Source of the DNA: Auanema rhodensis
Lineage: Eukaryota; Animalia; Nematoda
DNA length: 64,000 bases
Assembly: GCA_964057225.1 (NCBI GenBank)
Contig: OZ059900.1
Coordinates: 1,674,001 to 1,738,000, forward strand
Direction of reading: 5' to 3'
Positions 28,901 through 43,780 of the stretch are shown one piece after another; positions within the stretch are counted from its first letter, which is position 1, and every line of letters begins with the position of its first letter. The notes beneath the pieces were generated by a model. The model had not been told where the DNA came from, ran no database searches, and saw only the letters and a list, made by a program, of their open reading frames with translations. Made by a program: the position numbers and the translations under genes.

Positions 28901-31900
28901 AAAGGTCGAAAATAGAAAAAATTTTTGAAATTTCCGAGTTTTGAGTCCAATTTGGCTAAATCGCTCATATATAAGATCAAAAGCATAGTTTTATTGTCTA
29001 TAACAACAAAAGTCATCAATTAAACGCTAGTGATATTTAAATACTGATTTTCGCTCAAGTAGCATTACTACACTAAGTATGGTCGTTTTCATGCCTTTAA
29101 CACCATATACTCACCGATTTTTGGTACAAAATCTGTAATACTTGTAAATTTTGATCATATTCGTTAAGATTTGAGAATCGAACATACAATACACAAAATC
29201 AGTCTATTTTTATGAGCTTGCACTGATATATATTCATTTTGATCAAAAAAGGTCGAAAATAGAAAGAATTTTTGAAATTTCCGAGTTTTGAGTCTAATTT
29301 GGCTAAATCGCTCATATATATGATCAGAAGCATAGTTTTAATGTCTATGACAACAAAAATCATCAATTAAACGCTAGTGATGTTTAAATACTGATTTTCG
29401 CTCAAATAGCATTACTACACTAAGTATGGTCGTTTTTATGCTTTTAACACCATATACTCACCGATTTTTGGTACAAAATCTGTAATACTCGTAAAATTTG
29501 ATCATATTTGTTAAGATTTGAGAATCAAACACACAATACACAAAATCAGTCTATTTTTATGAGTTTACACTGATATATATTCATTTTCATCAAAAAAGGT
29601 CGAAAATAGAAAGAATTTTTGAATTTTCCGAGTTTTGAGTCGAATTGGGCTAAATCGCTCATATATATGATCAAAAGCATAGTTTTACTGTCTATGATAA
29701 CAAAAGTCTTCAAATATACACTAATAATGATTAAATCACTGAATTTCACTCAAATAGCATTACTACACTAAGTATGGTCGTTTTTATGCCTTTAACACCA
29801 TATACTCACCGATTTTTGGTACAAAATCTGTAATACTTGTAAATTTTGATCATATTTGTTAAGATTTGAGAATCAAACACATAATACACAAAATAAGTCT
29901 ATTTTTACAAGTTTGCACTGATATTTATTCATTTTGATCAAAAAAGGTCGAAAATAGAAAGAATTTTCGAAATTTCCGAGTTTTGAGTCCAATTTGGCTA
30001 AATCGCTCATATATATGATCAAAAGCATAGTTTTATTGTCTATAACAACAAAAGTCATCAATTAAACGCTAGTGATATTTAAATACTGATTTTCGCTCAA
30101 GTAGCATTACTACACTAAGTATGGTCGTTTTCATGCCTTTAACACCATATACTCACCGATTTTTGGTACAAAATCTGTAATACTTGTAAATTTTGATCAT
30201 ATTCGTTAAGATTTGAGAATCGAACATACAATACACAAAATCAGTCTATTTTTATGAGCTTGCACTGATATATATTCATTTTGATCAAAAAAGGTCGAAA
30301 ATAGAAAGAATTTTTGAAATTTCCGAGTTTTGAGTCTAATTTGGCTAAATCGCTCATATATATGATCAGAAGCATAGTTTTAATGTCTATGACAACAAAA
30401 ATCATCAATTAAACGCTAGTGATGTTTAAATACTGATTTTCGCTCAAATAGCATTACTACACTAAGTATGGTCGTTTTTATGCTTTTAACACCATATACT
30501 CACCGATTTTTGGTACAAAATCTGTAATACTCGTAAAATTTGATCATATTTGTTAAGATTTGAGAATCAAACACACAATACACAAAATCAGTCTATTTTT
30601 ATGAGTTTACACTGATATATATTCATTTTCATCAAAAAAGGTCGAAAATAGAAAGAATTTTTGAATTTTCCGAGTTTTGAGTCGAATTGGGCTAAATCGC
30701 TCATATATATGATCAAAAGCATAGTTTTACTGTCTATGATAACAAAAGTCTTCAAATATACACTAATAATGATTAAATCACTGAATTTCACTCAAATAGC
30801 ATTACTACACTAAGTATGGTCGTTTTTATGCCTTTAACACCATATACTCACCGATTTTTGGTACAAAATCTGTAATACTTGTAAATTTTGATCATATTTG
30901 TTAAGATTTGAGAATCAAACACATAATACACAAAATAAGTCTATTTTTACAAGTTTGCACTGATATTTATTCATTTTGATCAAAAAAGGTCGAAAATAGA
31001 AAGAATTTTCGAAATTTCCGAGTTTTGAGTCCAATTTGGCTAAATCGCTCATATATATGATCAAAAGCATAGTTTTATTGTCTATAACAACAAAAGTCAT
31101 CAATTAAACGCTAGTGATGTTTAAATACTGTATTTCGCTCAAATAGCATTACTACACTAAGTATGGTCGTTTTTATGCCTTTAACACCATATACTCACCG
31201 ATTTTTGGTACAAAATCTGTAATACTCGTAAATTTTGATCATATTCGGTGAGATTCGAGAATCGAACACACAATACACGAAATAAGTCTATTTTTACGAG
31301 TTTGCACTGATATTTATTCATTTTGATCAAAAAAGGTCGAAAATAGAAAGAATTTTTGAAATTTCCGAGTTTTGAGTCTAATTTGGCTAAATCGCTCATA
31401 TATATGATCAAAAGCATAGTTTTACTGTCTATGATAACAAAAATCTTCAAATATACACTAATAATGTGTAAATCACTGAATTTCACTCAAATAGCTTTAC
31501 TACACTAAGTATGGTCGTTTTTATGCCTTTAACACCATATACTCACCGATTTTTGGTACAAAATCTGTAATACTCGTAAATTTTGATCATATTCGTTAAG
31601 ATTCGAGAATCAAACACACAATACACGAAATAAGTTTATTTTGACGAGTTTGCACTGGTATTTATTCATTTTGATCAAAAAAGGTCGAAAATAGAAAGAA
31701 TTTTTGAATTTTCCGAGTTTTGAGTCCAATTGGGCTAAATCGCTCATATATATGATCAAAAGCATAGTTTTACTGTCTATGATAACAAACGTCTTCAAAT
31801 ATACACTAATAATGTGTAAATCACTGAATTTCACTCAAATAGCTTTACTACACTAAGTATGGTCGTTTTTATGCCTTTAACACCATATACTCACCGATTT

Positions 31901-34400
31901 TTGGTACAAAATCTGTAATACTCGTAAATTTCGATCATATTCGTTAAGATTCGAGAATCAAACACACAATACACGAAATAAGTTTATTTTTACGAATTTG
32001 CACTGATATTTATTCATTTTGATCAAAAAAGGTCGAAAATAGAAAGAATTTTTTAATTTTCCGAGTTTTGAGTCCAATTGGGCTAAATCGCTCATATATA
32101 TGATCAAAAGCATAGTTTCACTGTCTATGATAAAAAAGTCTTCAAATATACACTAGTAATGATTAAATCACTGAATTTCACTCAAATAGCATTACTACAC
32201 TAAGTATGGTCGTTTTTATGCCTTTAACACCATATACTCACCGATTTTTGGTACAAAATCTGTAATACTTGTAAATTTTGATCATATTTGTTAAGATTCG
32301 AGAATCAAACACATAATACACGAAATAAGTCTATTTTTACAAGTTTGCACTGATATTTATTCATTTTGATCAAAAAAAGGTCGAAAATAGAAAAATTTTT
32401 TGAAATTTCCGAGTTTTGAGTCCAATTTGGCTAAATCGCTCATATATATGATCAAAAGCATAGTTTTATTGTCTATGACAACAAAAGTCATCAATTAAAT
32501 GCTAGTGATGTTTAAATACTGAATTTCGCTCAAATAGCATTACTACACTAAGTATGGTCGTTTTTATGCCTTTAACACCATATACTCACCGATTTTTGGT
32601 ACAAAATCTGTAATACTCGTAAATTTTGATCATATTCGGTGAGATTCGAGAATCAAACACACAATACACGAAATAAGTTTATTTTTACGAGTTTGCACTG
32701 ATATTTATTCATTTTGATCAAAAAAGGTCGAAAATAGAAAGAATTTTTGAAATTTCCGAGTTTTGAGTCTAATTTGGCTAAATCGCTCATATATATGATC
32801 AAAAGCATAGTTTTACTGTCTATGATAACAAAAGTCTTCAAATATACACTAATAATGATTAAATCACTGATTTTCAGTCAAATAGCATTACTACACTAAG
32901 TATGGTCGTTTTTATGCCTTTAACACCATATACTCACCGATTTTTGGTACAAAATCTGTAATACTTGTAAATTTTGATCATATTTGTTAAGATTCGAGAA
33001 TCAAACACATAATACACGAAATAAGTCTATTTTTACAAGTTTGCACTGATATTTATTCATTTTGATCAAAAAAGGTCGAAAATAGAAAAAAGTTTTGAAA
33101 TTTCCGAGTTTTGAGTCCAATTTGGCTAAATCGCTCATATATATGATCAAAAGCATAGTTTTACTGTCTATGATAACAAAAGTCTTCAAATATACACTAA
33201 TAATGATCAAATCACTGAATTTCACTCAAATAGCATTACTACACTAAGTATGGTCGTTTTTATGCCTTTAACACCATATACTCACCGATTTTTGGTACAA
33301 AATCTGTGATACTCGTAAATTTTGATCATATTCGTTAAGATTTAAGAATCAAACATACAATACACAAAATCAGTCTATTTTTATGAGCTTGCACTGATAT
33401 ATATTCATTTTGATCAAAAAAGGTCGAAAATAGAATGAATTTTTGAAATTTCCGAGTTTTGAGTCTAATTTGGCTAAATCGCTCATATATATGATCAAAA
33501 GCATAGTTTTACTGTCTATGATAACAAAAGTCTTCAAATATACACTAATAATGATTAAATCACTGATTTTCAGTCAAATAGCATTACTACACTAAGTATG
33601 GTCGTTTTTATGCCTTTAACACCATATACTCACCGATTTTTGGTACAAAATCTGTAATACTTGTAAATTTTGATCATATTTGTTAAGATTCGAGAATCAA
33701 ACACATAATACACAAAATAAGTCTATTTTTACAAGTTTGCACTGATATTTATTCATTTTGATCAAAAAAGGTCGAAAATAGAAAAAATTTTTGAAATTTC
33801 CGAGTTTTGAGTCCAATTTGGCTAAATCGCTCATATATAAGATCAAAAGCATAGTTTTATTGTCTATAACAACAAAAGTCATCAATTAAACGCTAGTGAT
33901 ATTTAAATACTGATTTTCGCTCAAGTAGCATTACTACACTAAGTATGGTCGTTTTCATGCCTTTAACACCATATACTCACCGATTTTTGGTACAAAATCT
34001 GTAATACTTGTAAATTTTGATCATATTCGTTAAGATTTGAGAATCGAACATACAATACACAAAATCAGTCTATTTTTATGAGCTTGCACTGATATATATT
34101 CATTTTGATCAAAAAAGGTCGAAAATAGAAAGAATTTTTGAAATTTCCGAGTTTTGAGTCTAATTTGGCTAAATCGCTCATATATATGATCAGAAGCATA
34201 GTTTTAATGTCTATGACAACAAAAATCATCAATTAAACGCTAGTGATGTTTAAATACTGATTTTCGCTCAAATAGCATTACTACACTAAGTATGGTCGTT
34301 TTTATGCTTTTAACACCATATACTCACCGATTTTTGGTACAAAATCTGTAATACTCGTAAAATTTGATCATATTTGTTAAGATTTGAGAATCAAACACAC
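19930..34400. repeat. 11-mer HOR domain (3825 bp) with 12-mer and 14-mer derivatives
   Basis: Marker offsets 20140 to 23965, 20836 to 24661 and 21551 to 25376 are all 3825. Later copies start at 28135 (+4170) and 33001 (+4866). Boundaries are approximate. Confidence 0.8.
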
Positions 34401-37400
34401 AATACACAAAATCAGTCTATTTTTATGAGTTTACACTGATATATATTCATTTTCATCAAAAAAGGTCGAAAATAGAAAGAATTTTTGAATTTTCCGAGTT
34501 TTGAGTCGAATTGGGCTAAATCGCTCATATATATGATCAAAAGCATAGTTTTACTGTCTATGATAACAAAAGTCTTCAAATATACACTAATAATGATTAA
34601 ATCACTGAATTTCACTCAAATAGCATTACTACACTAAGTATGGTCGTTTTTATGCCTTTAACACCATATACTCACCGATTTTTGGTACAAAATCTGTAAT
34701 ACTTGTAAATTTTGATCATATTTGTTAAGATTTGAGAATCAAACACATAATACACAAAATAAGTCTATTTTTACAAGTTTGCACTGATATTTATTCATTT
34801 TGATCAAAAAAGGTCGAAAATAGAAAGAATTTTTGAAATTTCCGAGTTTTGAGTCCAATTTGGCTAAATCGCTCATATATATGATCAAAAGCATAGTTTT
34901 ATTGTCTATAACAACAAAAGTCATCAATTAAACGCTAGTGATGTTTAAATACTGAATTTCGCTCAAATAGCATTACTACACTAAGTATGGTCGTTTTTAT
35001 GCCTTTAACACCATATACTCACCGATTTTTGGTACAAAATCTGTAATACTCGTAAATTTTGATCATATTCGTTAAGATTTGAGAATCAAACATACAATAC
35101 ACAAAATCAGTCTATTTTTATGAGCTTGCACTGATATATATTCATTTTGATCAAAAAAGGTCGAAAATAGAAAGAATTTTTGAAATTTCCGAGTTTTGAG
35201 TCTAATTTGGCTAAATCGCTCATATATATGATCAAAAGCATAGTTTTATTGTCTATGACAACAAAAGTCATCAATTAAATGCTAGTGATGTTTAAATACT
35301 GAATTTCGCTCAAATAGCATTACTACACTAAGTATGGTCGTTTTTATGCCTTTAACACCATATACTCACCGATTTTTGGTACAAAATCTGTAATACTCGT
35401 AAATTTCGATCATATTCGGTGAGATTCGAGAATCAAACACACAATACACGAAATAAGTTTATTTTGACGAGTTTGCACTGGTATTTATTCATTTTGATCA
35501 AAAAAGGTCGAAAATAGAAAGAATTTTTGAATTTTCCGAGTTTTGAGTCCAATTGGGCTAAATCGCTCATATATATGATCAAAAGCATAGTTTTACTGTC
35601 TATGATAACAAACGTCTTCAAATATACACTAATAATGTGTAAATCACTGAATTTCACTCAAATAGCTTTACTACACTAAGTATGGTCGTTTTTATGCCTT
35701 TAACACCATATACTCACCGATTTTTGGTACAAAATCTGTAATACTCGTAAATTTCGATCATATTCGTTAAGATTCGAGAATCAAACACACAATACACGAA
35801 ATAAGTTTATTTTTACGAATTTGCACTGATATTTATTCATTTTGATCAAAAAAGGTCGAAAATAGAAAGAATTTTTTAATTTTCCGAGTTTTGAGTCCAA
35901 TTGGGCTAAATCGCTCATATATATGATCAAAAGCATAGTTTCACTGTCTATGATAACAAAAGTCTTCAAATATACACTAGTAATGATTAAATCACTGAAT
36001 TTCACTCAAATAGCATTACTACACTAAGTATGGTCGTTTTTATGCCTTTAACACCATATACTCACCGATTTTTGGTACAAAATCTGTAATACTTGTAAAT
36101 TTTGATCATATTTGTTAAGATTCGAGAATCAAACACATAATACACGAAATAAGTCTATTTTTACAAGTTTGCACTGATATTTATTCATTTTGATCAAAAA
36201 AAGGTCGAAAATAGAAAAATTTTTTGAAATTTCCGAGTTTTGAGTCCAATTTGGCTAAATCGCTCATATATAAGATCAAAAGCATAGTTTTATTGTCTAT
36301 AACAACAAAAGTCATCAATTAAACGCTAGTGATATTTAAATACTGATTTTCGCTCAAGTAGCATTACTACACTAAGTATGGTCGTTTTTATGCCTTTAAC
36401 ACCATATACTCACCGATTTTTGGTACAAAATCTGTAATACTCGTAAAATTTGATCATATTTGTTAAGATTTGAGAATCAAACACACAATACACAAAATCA
36501 GTCTATTTTTATGAGTTTACACTGATATTTATTCATTTTGATCAAAAAAAGGTCGAAAATAGAAAACATTTTGAAATTTCCGAGTTTTGAGTCCAATTTG
36601 GCTAAATCGCTCATATATAAGATCAAAAGCATAGTTTTATTGTCTATAACAACAAAAGTCATCAATTAAACGCTAGTGATATTTAAATACTGATTTTCGC
36701 TCAAATAGCATTACTACACTAAGTATGGTCGTTTTTATGCCTTTAACACCATATACTCACCGATTTTTGGTACAAAATCTGTAATACTCGTAAAATTTGA
36801 TCATATTTGTTAAGATTTGAGAATCAAACACACAATACACAAAATCAGTCTATTTTTATGAGTTTACACTGATATATATTCATTTTCATCAAAAAAGGTC
36901 GAAAATAGAAAGAATTTTTGAATTTTCCGAGTTTTGAGTCGAATTGGGCTAAATCGCTCATATATATGATCAAAAGCATAGTTTTACTGTCTATGATAAC
37001 AAAAGTCTTCAAATATACACTAATAATGATTAAATCACTGAATTTCACTCAAATAGCATTACTACACTAAGTATGGTCGTTTTTATGCCTTTAACACCAT
37101 ATACTCACCGATTTTTGGTACAAAATCTGTAATACTTGTAAATTTTGATCATATTTGTTAAGATTCGAGAATCAAACACATAATACACAAAATAAGTCTA
37201 TTTTTACAAGTTTGCACTGATATTTATTCATTTTGATCAAAAAAGGTCGAAAATAGAAAGAATTTTTGAAATTTCCGAGTTTTGAGTCCAATTTGGCTAA
37301 ATCGCTCATATATATGATCAAAAGCATAGTTTTATTGTCTATAACAACAAAAGTCATCAATTAAACGCTAGTGATGTTTAAATACTGAATTTCGCTCAAA

Positions 37401-40400
37401 TAGCATTACTACACTAAGTATGGTCGTTTTTATGCCTTTAACACCATATACTCACCGATTTTTGGTACAAAATCTGTAATACTCGTAAATTTTGATCATA
37501 TTCGTTAAGATTTGAGAATCAAACATACAATACACAAAATCAGTCTATTTTTATGAGCTTGCACTGATATATATTCATTTTGATCAAAAAAGGTCGAAAA
37601 TAGAAAGAATTTTTGAAATTTCCGAGTTTTGAGTCTAATTTGGCTAAATCGCTCATATATATGATCAAAAGCATAGTTTTATTGTCTATGACAACAAAAG
37701 TCATCAATTAAATGCTAGTGATGTTTAAATACTGAATTTCGCTCAAATAGCATTACTACACTAAGTATGGTCGTTTTTATGCCTTTAACACCATATACTC
37801 ACCGATTTTTGGTACAAAATCTGTAATACTCGTAAATTTTGATCATATTCGGTGAGATTCGAGAATCAAACACACAATACACGAAATAAGTTTATTTTGA
37901 CGAGTTTGCACTGGTATTTATTCATTTTGATCAAAAAAGGTCGAAAATAGAAAGAATTTTTGAATTTTCCGAGTTTTGAGTCCAATTGGGCTAAATCGCT
38001 CATATATATGATCAAAAGCATAGTTTTACTGTCTATGATAACAAACGTCTTCAAATATACACTAATAATGTGTAAATCACTGAATTTCACTCAAATAGCT
38101 TTACTACACTAAGTATGGTCGTTTTTATGCCTTTAACACCATATACTCACCGATTTTTGGTACAAAATCTGTAATACTCGTAAATTTCGATCGTATTCGT
38201 TAAGATTCGAGAATCAAACACACAATACACGAAATAAGTTTATTTTTACGAATTTGCACTGATATTTATTCATTTTGATCAAAAAAGGTCGAAAATAGAA
38301 AGAATTTTTTAATTTTCCGAGTTTTGAGTCCAATTGGGCTAAATCGCTCATATATATGATCAAAAGCATAGTTTCACTGTCTATGATAACAAAAGTCTTC
38401 AAATATACACTAGTAATGATTAAATCACTGAATTTCACTCAAATAGCATTACTACACTAAGTATGGTCGTTTTTATGCCTTTAACACCATATACTCACCG
38501 ATTTTTGGTACAAAATCTGTAATACTTGTAAATTTTGATCATATTTGTTAAGATTCGAGAATCAAACACATAATACACGAAATAAGTCTATTTTTACAAG
38601 TTTGCACTGATATTTATTCATTTTGATCAAAAAAAGGTCGAAAATAGAAAAATTTTTTGAAATTTCCGAGTTTTGAGTCCAATTTGGCTAAATCGCTCAT
38701 ATATAAGATCAAAAGCATAGTTTTATTGTCTATAACAACAAAAGTCATCAATTAAACGCTAGTGATATTTAAATACTGATTTTCGCTCAAGTAGCATTAC
38801 TACACTAAGTATGGTCGTTTTTATGCCTTTAACACCATATACTCACCGATTTTTGGTACAAAATCTGTAATACTTGTAAATTTTGATCATATTCGTTAAG
38901 ATTTGAGAATCGAACATACAATACACAAAATCAGTCTATTTTTATGAGCTTGCACTGATATATATTCATTTTGATCAAAAAAGGTCGAAAATAGAAAGAA
39001 TTTTTGAAATTTCCGAGTTTTGAGTCTAATTTGGCTAAATCGCTCATATATATGATCAGAAGCATAGTTTTAATGTCTATGACAACAAAAATCATCAATT
39101 AAACGCTAGTGATGTTTAAATACTGATTTTCGCTCAAATAGCATTACTACACTAAGTATGGTCGTTTTTATGCCTTTAACACCATATACTCACCGATTTT
39201 TGGTACAAAATCTGTAATACTCGTAAAATTTGATCATATTTGTTAAGATTTGAGAATCAAACACACAATACACAAAATCAGTCTATTTTTATGAGTTTAC
39301 ACTGATATATATTCATTTTCATCAAAAAAGGTCGAAAATAGAAAGAATTTTTGAATTTTCCGAGTTTTGAGTCGAATTGGGCTAAATCGCTCATATATAT
39401 GATCAAAAGCATAGTTTTACTGTCTATGATAACAAAAGTCTTCAAATATACACTAATAATGATTAAATCACTGAATTTCACTCAAATAGCATTACTACAC
39501 TAAGTATGGTCGTTTTTATGCCTTTAACACCATATACTCACCGATTTTTGGTACAAAATCTGTAATACTTGTAAATTTTGATCATATTTGTTAAGATTTG
39601 AGAATCAAACACATAATACACAAAATAAGTCTATTTTTACAAGTTTGCACTGATATTTATTCATTTTGATCAAAAAAGGTCGAAAATAGAAAGAATTTTT
39701 GAAATTTCCGAGTTTTGAGTCCAATTTGGCTAAATCGCTCATATATATGATCAAAAGCATAGTTTTATTGTCTATAACAACAAAAGTCATCAATTAAACG
39801 CTAGTGATGTTTAAATACTGAATTTCGCTCAAATAGCATTACTACACTAAGTATGGTCGTTTTTATGCCTTTAACACCATATACTCACCGATTTTTGGTA
39901 CAAAATCTGTAATACTCGTAAATTTTGATCATATTCGTTAAGATTTGAGAATCAAACATACAATACACAAAATCAGTCTATTTTTATGAGCTTGCACTGA
40001 TATATATTCATTTTGATCAAAAAAGGTCGAAAATAGAAAGAATTTTTGAAATTTCCGAGTTTTGAGTCTAATTTGGCTAAATCGCTCATATATATGATCA
40101 AAAGCATAGTTTTATTGTCTATGACAACAAAAGTCATCAATTAAATGCTAGTGATGTTTAAATACTGAATTTCGCTCAAATAGCATTACTACACTAAGTA
40201 TGGTCGTTTTTATGCCTTTAACACCATATACTCACCGATTTTTGGTACAAAATCTGTAATACTCGTAAATTTCGATCATATTCGGTGAGATTCGAGAATC
40301 AAACACACAATACACGAAATAAGTTTATTTTGACGAGTTTGCACTGGTATTTATTCATTTTGATCAAAAAAGGTCGAAAATAGAAAGATTTTTTGAAATT

Positions 40401-43400
40401 TCCGAGTTTTGAGTCCAATTTGGCTAAATCGCTCATATATATGATCAAAAGCATAGTTTTACTGTCTATAACAACAAAAGTCTTCAAATATACACTAATA
40501 ATGATTAAATCACTGAATTTCACTCAAATAGCATTACTACACTAAGTATGGTCGTTTTTATGCCTTTAACACCATATACTCACCGATTTTTGGTACAAAA
40601 TCTGTAATACTTGTAAATTTTGATCATATTTGTTAAGATTCGAGAATCAAACACATAATACACAAAATAAGTCTATTTTTACAAGTTTGCACTGATATTT
40701 ATTCATTTTGATCAAAAAAGGTCGAAAATAGAAAGAATTTTTGAAATTTCCGAGTTTTGAGTCCAATTTGGCTAAATCGCTCATATATATGATCAAAAGC
40801 ATAGTTTTATTGTCTATAACAACAAAAGTCATCAATTAAACGCTAGTGATGTTTAAATACTGAATTTCGCTCAAATAGCATTACTACACTAAGTATGGTC
40901 GTTTTTATGCCTTTAACACCATATACTCACCGATTTTTGGTACAAAATCTGTAATACTCGTAAATTTTGATCATATTCGTTAAGATTTGAGAATCAAACA
41001 TACAATACACAAAATCAGTCTATTTTTATGAGCTTGCACTGATATATATTCATTTTGATCAAAAAAGGTCGAAAATAGAAAGAATTTTTGAAATTTCCGA
41101 GTTTTGAGTCTAATTTGGCTAAATCGCTCATATATATGATCAAAAGCATAGTTTTATTGTCTATGACAACAAAAGTCATCAATTAAATGCTAGTGATGTT
41201 TAAATACTGAATTTCGCTCAAATAGCATTACTACACTAAGTATGGTCGTTTTTATGCCTTTAACACCATATACTCACCGATTTTTGGTACAAAATCTGTA
41301 ATACTCGTAAATTTTGATCATATTCGGTGAGATTCGAGAATCAAACACACAATACACGAAATAAGTTTATTTTGACGAGTTTGCACTGGTATTTATTCAT
41401 TTTGATCAAAAAAGGTCGAAAATAGAAAGAATTTTTGAATTTTCCGAGTTTTGAGTCCAATTGGGCTAAATCGCTCATATATATGATCAAAAGCATAGTT
41501 TTACTGTCTATGATAACAAACGTCTTCAAATATACACTAATAATGTGTAAATCACTGAATTTCACTCAAATAGCTTTACTACACTAAGTATGGTCGTTTT
41601 TATGCCTTTAACACCATATACTCACCGATTTTTGGTACAAAATCTGTAATACTCGTAAATTTCGATCATATTCGTTAAGATTCGAGAATCAAACACACAA
41701 TACACGAAATAAGTTTATTTTTACGAATTTGCACTGATATTTATTCATTTTGATCAAAAAAGGTCGAAAATAGAAAGAATTTTTTAATTTTCCGAGTTTT
41801 GAGTCCAATTGGGCTAAATCGCTCATATATATGATCAAAAGCATAGTTTCACTGTCTATGATAACAAAAGTCTTCAAATATACACTAGTAATGATTAAAT
41901 CACTGAATTTCACTCAAATAGCATTACTACACTAAGTATGGTCGTTTTTATGCCTTTAACACCATATACTCACCGATTTTTGGTACAAAATCTGTAATAC
42001 TTGTAAATTTTGATCATATTTGTTAAGATTCGAGAATCAAACACATAATACACGAAATAAGTCTATTTTTACAAGTTTGCACTGATATTTATTCATTTTG
42101 ATCAAAAAAAGGTCGAAAATAGAAAAATTTTTTGAAATTTCCGAGTTTTGAGTCCAATTTGGCTAAATCGCTCATATATAAGATCAAAAGCATAGTTTTA
42201 TTGTCTATAACAACAAAAGTCATCAATTAAACGCTAGTGATATTTAAATACTGATTTTCGCTCAAGTAGCATTACTACACTAAGTATGGTCGTTTTTATG
42301 CCTTTAACACCATATACTCACCGATTTTTGGTACAAAATCTGTAATACTTGTAAATTTTGATCATATTCGTTAAGATTTGAGAATCGAACATACAATACA
42401 CAAAATCAGTCTATTTTTATGAGCTTGCACTGATATATATTCATTTTGATCAAAAAAGGTCGAAAATAGAAAGAATTTTTGAAATTTCCGAGTTTTGAGT
42501 CTAATTTGGCTAAATCGCTCATATATATGATCAGAAGCATAGTTTTAATGTCTATGACAACAAAAATCATCAATTAAACGCTAGTGATGTTTAAATACTG
42601 ATTTTCGCTCAAATAGCATTACTACACTAAGTATGGTCGTTTTTATGCCTTTAACACCATATACTCACCGATTTTTGGTACAAAATCTGTAATACTCGTA
42701 AAATTTGATCATATTTGTTAAGATTTGAGAATCAAACACACAATACACAAAATCAGTCTATTTTTATGAGTTTACACTGATATATATTCATTTTCATCAA
42801 AAAAGGTCGAAAATAGAAAGAATTTTTGAATTTTCCGAGTTTTGAGTCGAATTGGGCTAAATCGCTCATATATATGATCAAAAGCATAGTTTTACTGTCT
42901 ATGATAACAAAAGTCTTCAAATATACACTAATAATGATTAAATCACTGAATTTCACTCAAATAGCATTACTACACTAAGTATGGTCGTTTTTATGCCTTT
43001 AACACCATATACTCACCGATTTTTGGTACAAAATCTGTAATACTTGTAAATTTTGATCATATTTGTTAAGATTTGAGAATCAAACACATAATACACAAAA
43101 TAAGTCTATTTTTACAAGTTTGCACTGATATTTATTCATTTTGATCAAAAAAGGTCGAAAATAGAAAGAATTTTTGAAATTTCCGAGTTTTGAGTCCAAT
43201 TTGGCTAAATCGCTCATATATATGATCAAAAGCATAGTTTTATTGTCTATAACAACAAAAGTCATCAATTAAACGCTAGTGATGTTTAAATACTGAATTT
43301 CGCTCAAATAGCATTACTACACTAAGTATGGTCGTTTTTATGCCTTTAACACCATATACTCACCGATTTTTGGTACAAAATCTGTAATACTCGTAAATTT

Positions 43401-43567
43401 TGATCATATTCGTTAAGATTTGAGAATCAAACATACAATACACAAAATCAGTCTATTTTTATGAGCTTGCACTGATATATATTCATTTTGATCAAAAAAG
43501 GTCGAAAATAGAAAGAATTTTTGAAATTTCCGAGTTTTGAGTCTAATTTGGCTAAATCGCTCATATA

Positions 43568-43569
43568 TA
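43568..43569. other. TA target-site duplication (second copy at 44845-44846)
   Basis: The empty site in sister monomers is CTCA-TA-TA-TA-TGATC. The filled site is CTCA-TA-TA-TA-[element]-TA-TGATC. Confidence 0.95.
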
Positions 43570-43597
43570 TTAGGTTGGAAAGAATGTTCTTGCGCAT
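43570..43597 (+). repeat. Left terminal inverted repeat TTAGGTTGGAAAGAATGTTCTTGCGCAT (28 bp)
   Basis: Exact reverse complement of 44817-44844. Confidence 0.97.
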
Positions 43598-43743
43598 TTT
43601 TCAAACTCATCTGAACAATTTGAATTATCTGGGCGCTAAATACAAAAATATTAAATATATAAGTTTTATATGATAAAGCAGATAGTTTTTCACTTATTTT
43701 CATGAAATGACAATATAATTACTAATTTAAAGATTATAGATCA

Positions 43744-43780
43744 ATGATGCAAAAATCCCAATTGAGAACCCTTTTTTTTG
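43744..43780 (+). other. Out-of-frame 5' end of the transposase (MMQKSQLRTLF), joined to the main frame across a T8 run at 43772-43779
   Basis: ATG ATG CAA AAA TCC CAA TTG AGA ACC CTT TTT TTT GTA CGA AGT TAA stops early. Removing one T gives MQKSQLRTLFLYEVKLG, which matches the mariner N-terminus pattern (Hsmar1 KKQIRAIFLFEFKMG, recalled). Confidence 0.85.

Larger units (their letters stand above)
1..43569. repeat. Satellite DNA array, 347/348-bp monomer, about 125 head-to-tail copies (left of the mariner); continues off the window's left edge
   Basis: Anchor motifs such as ACTAAGTATGGTCGTTTTTATGCCTTTAACACCATATACTCACCG recur every 347 or 348 bp (equivalent positions 308, 655, 1003, ...). All copies are in the same orientation. 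GC is about 30% for 241-587 (hand count). Confidence 0.99.

Noticed and set aside
43413-43703. 96-aa minus-strand ORF at the mariner's left end
   Set aside because: It is a chance read-through from the element's 5' UTR and TIR into satellite sequence.
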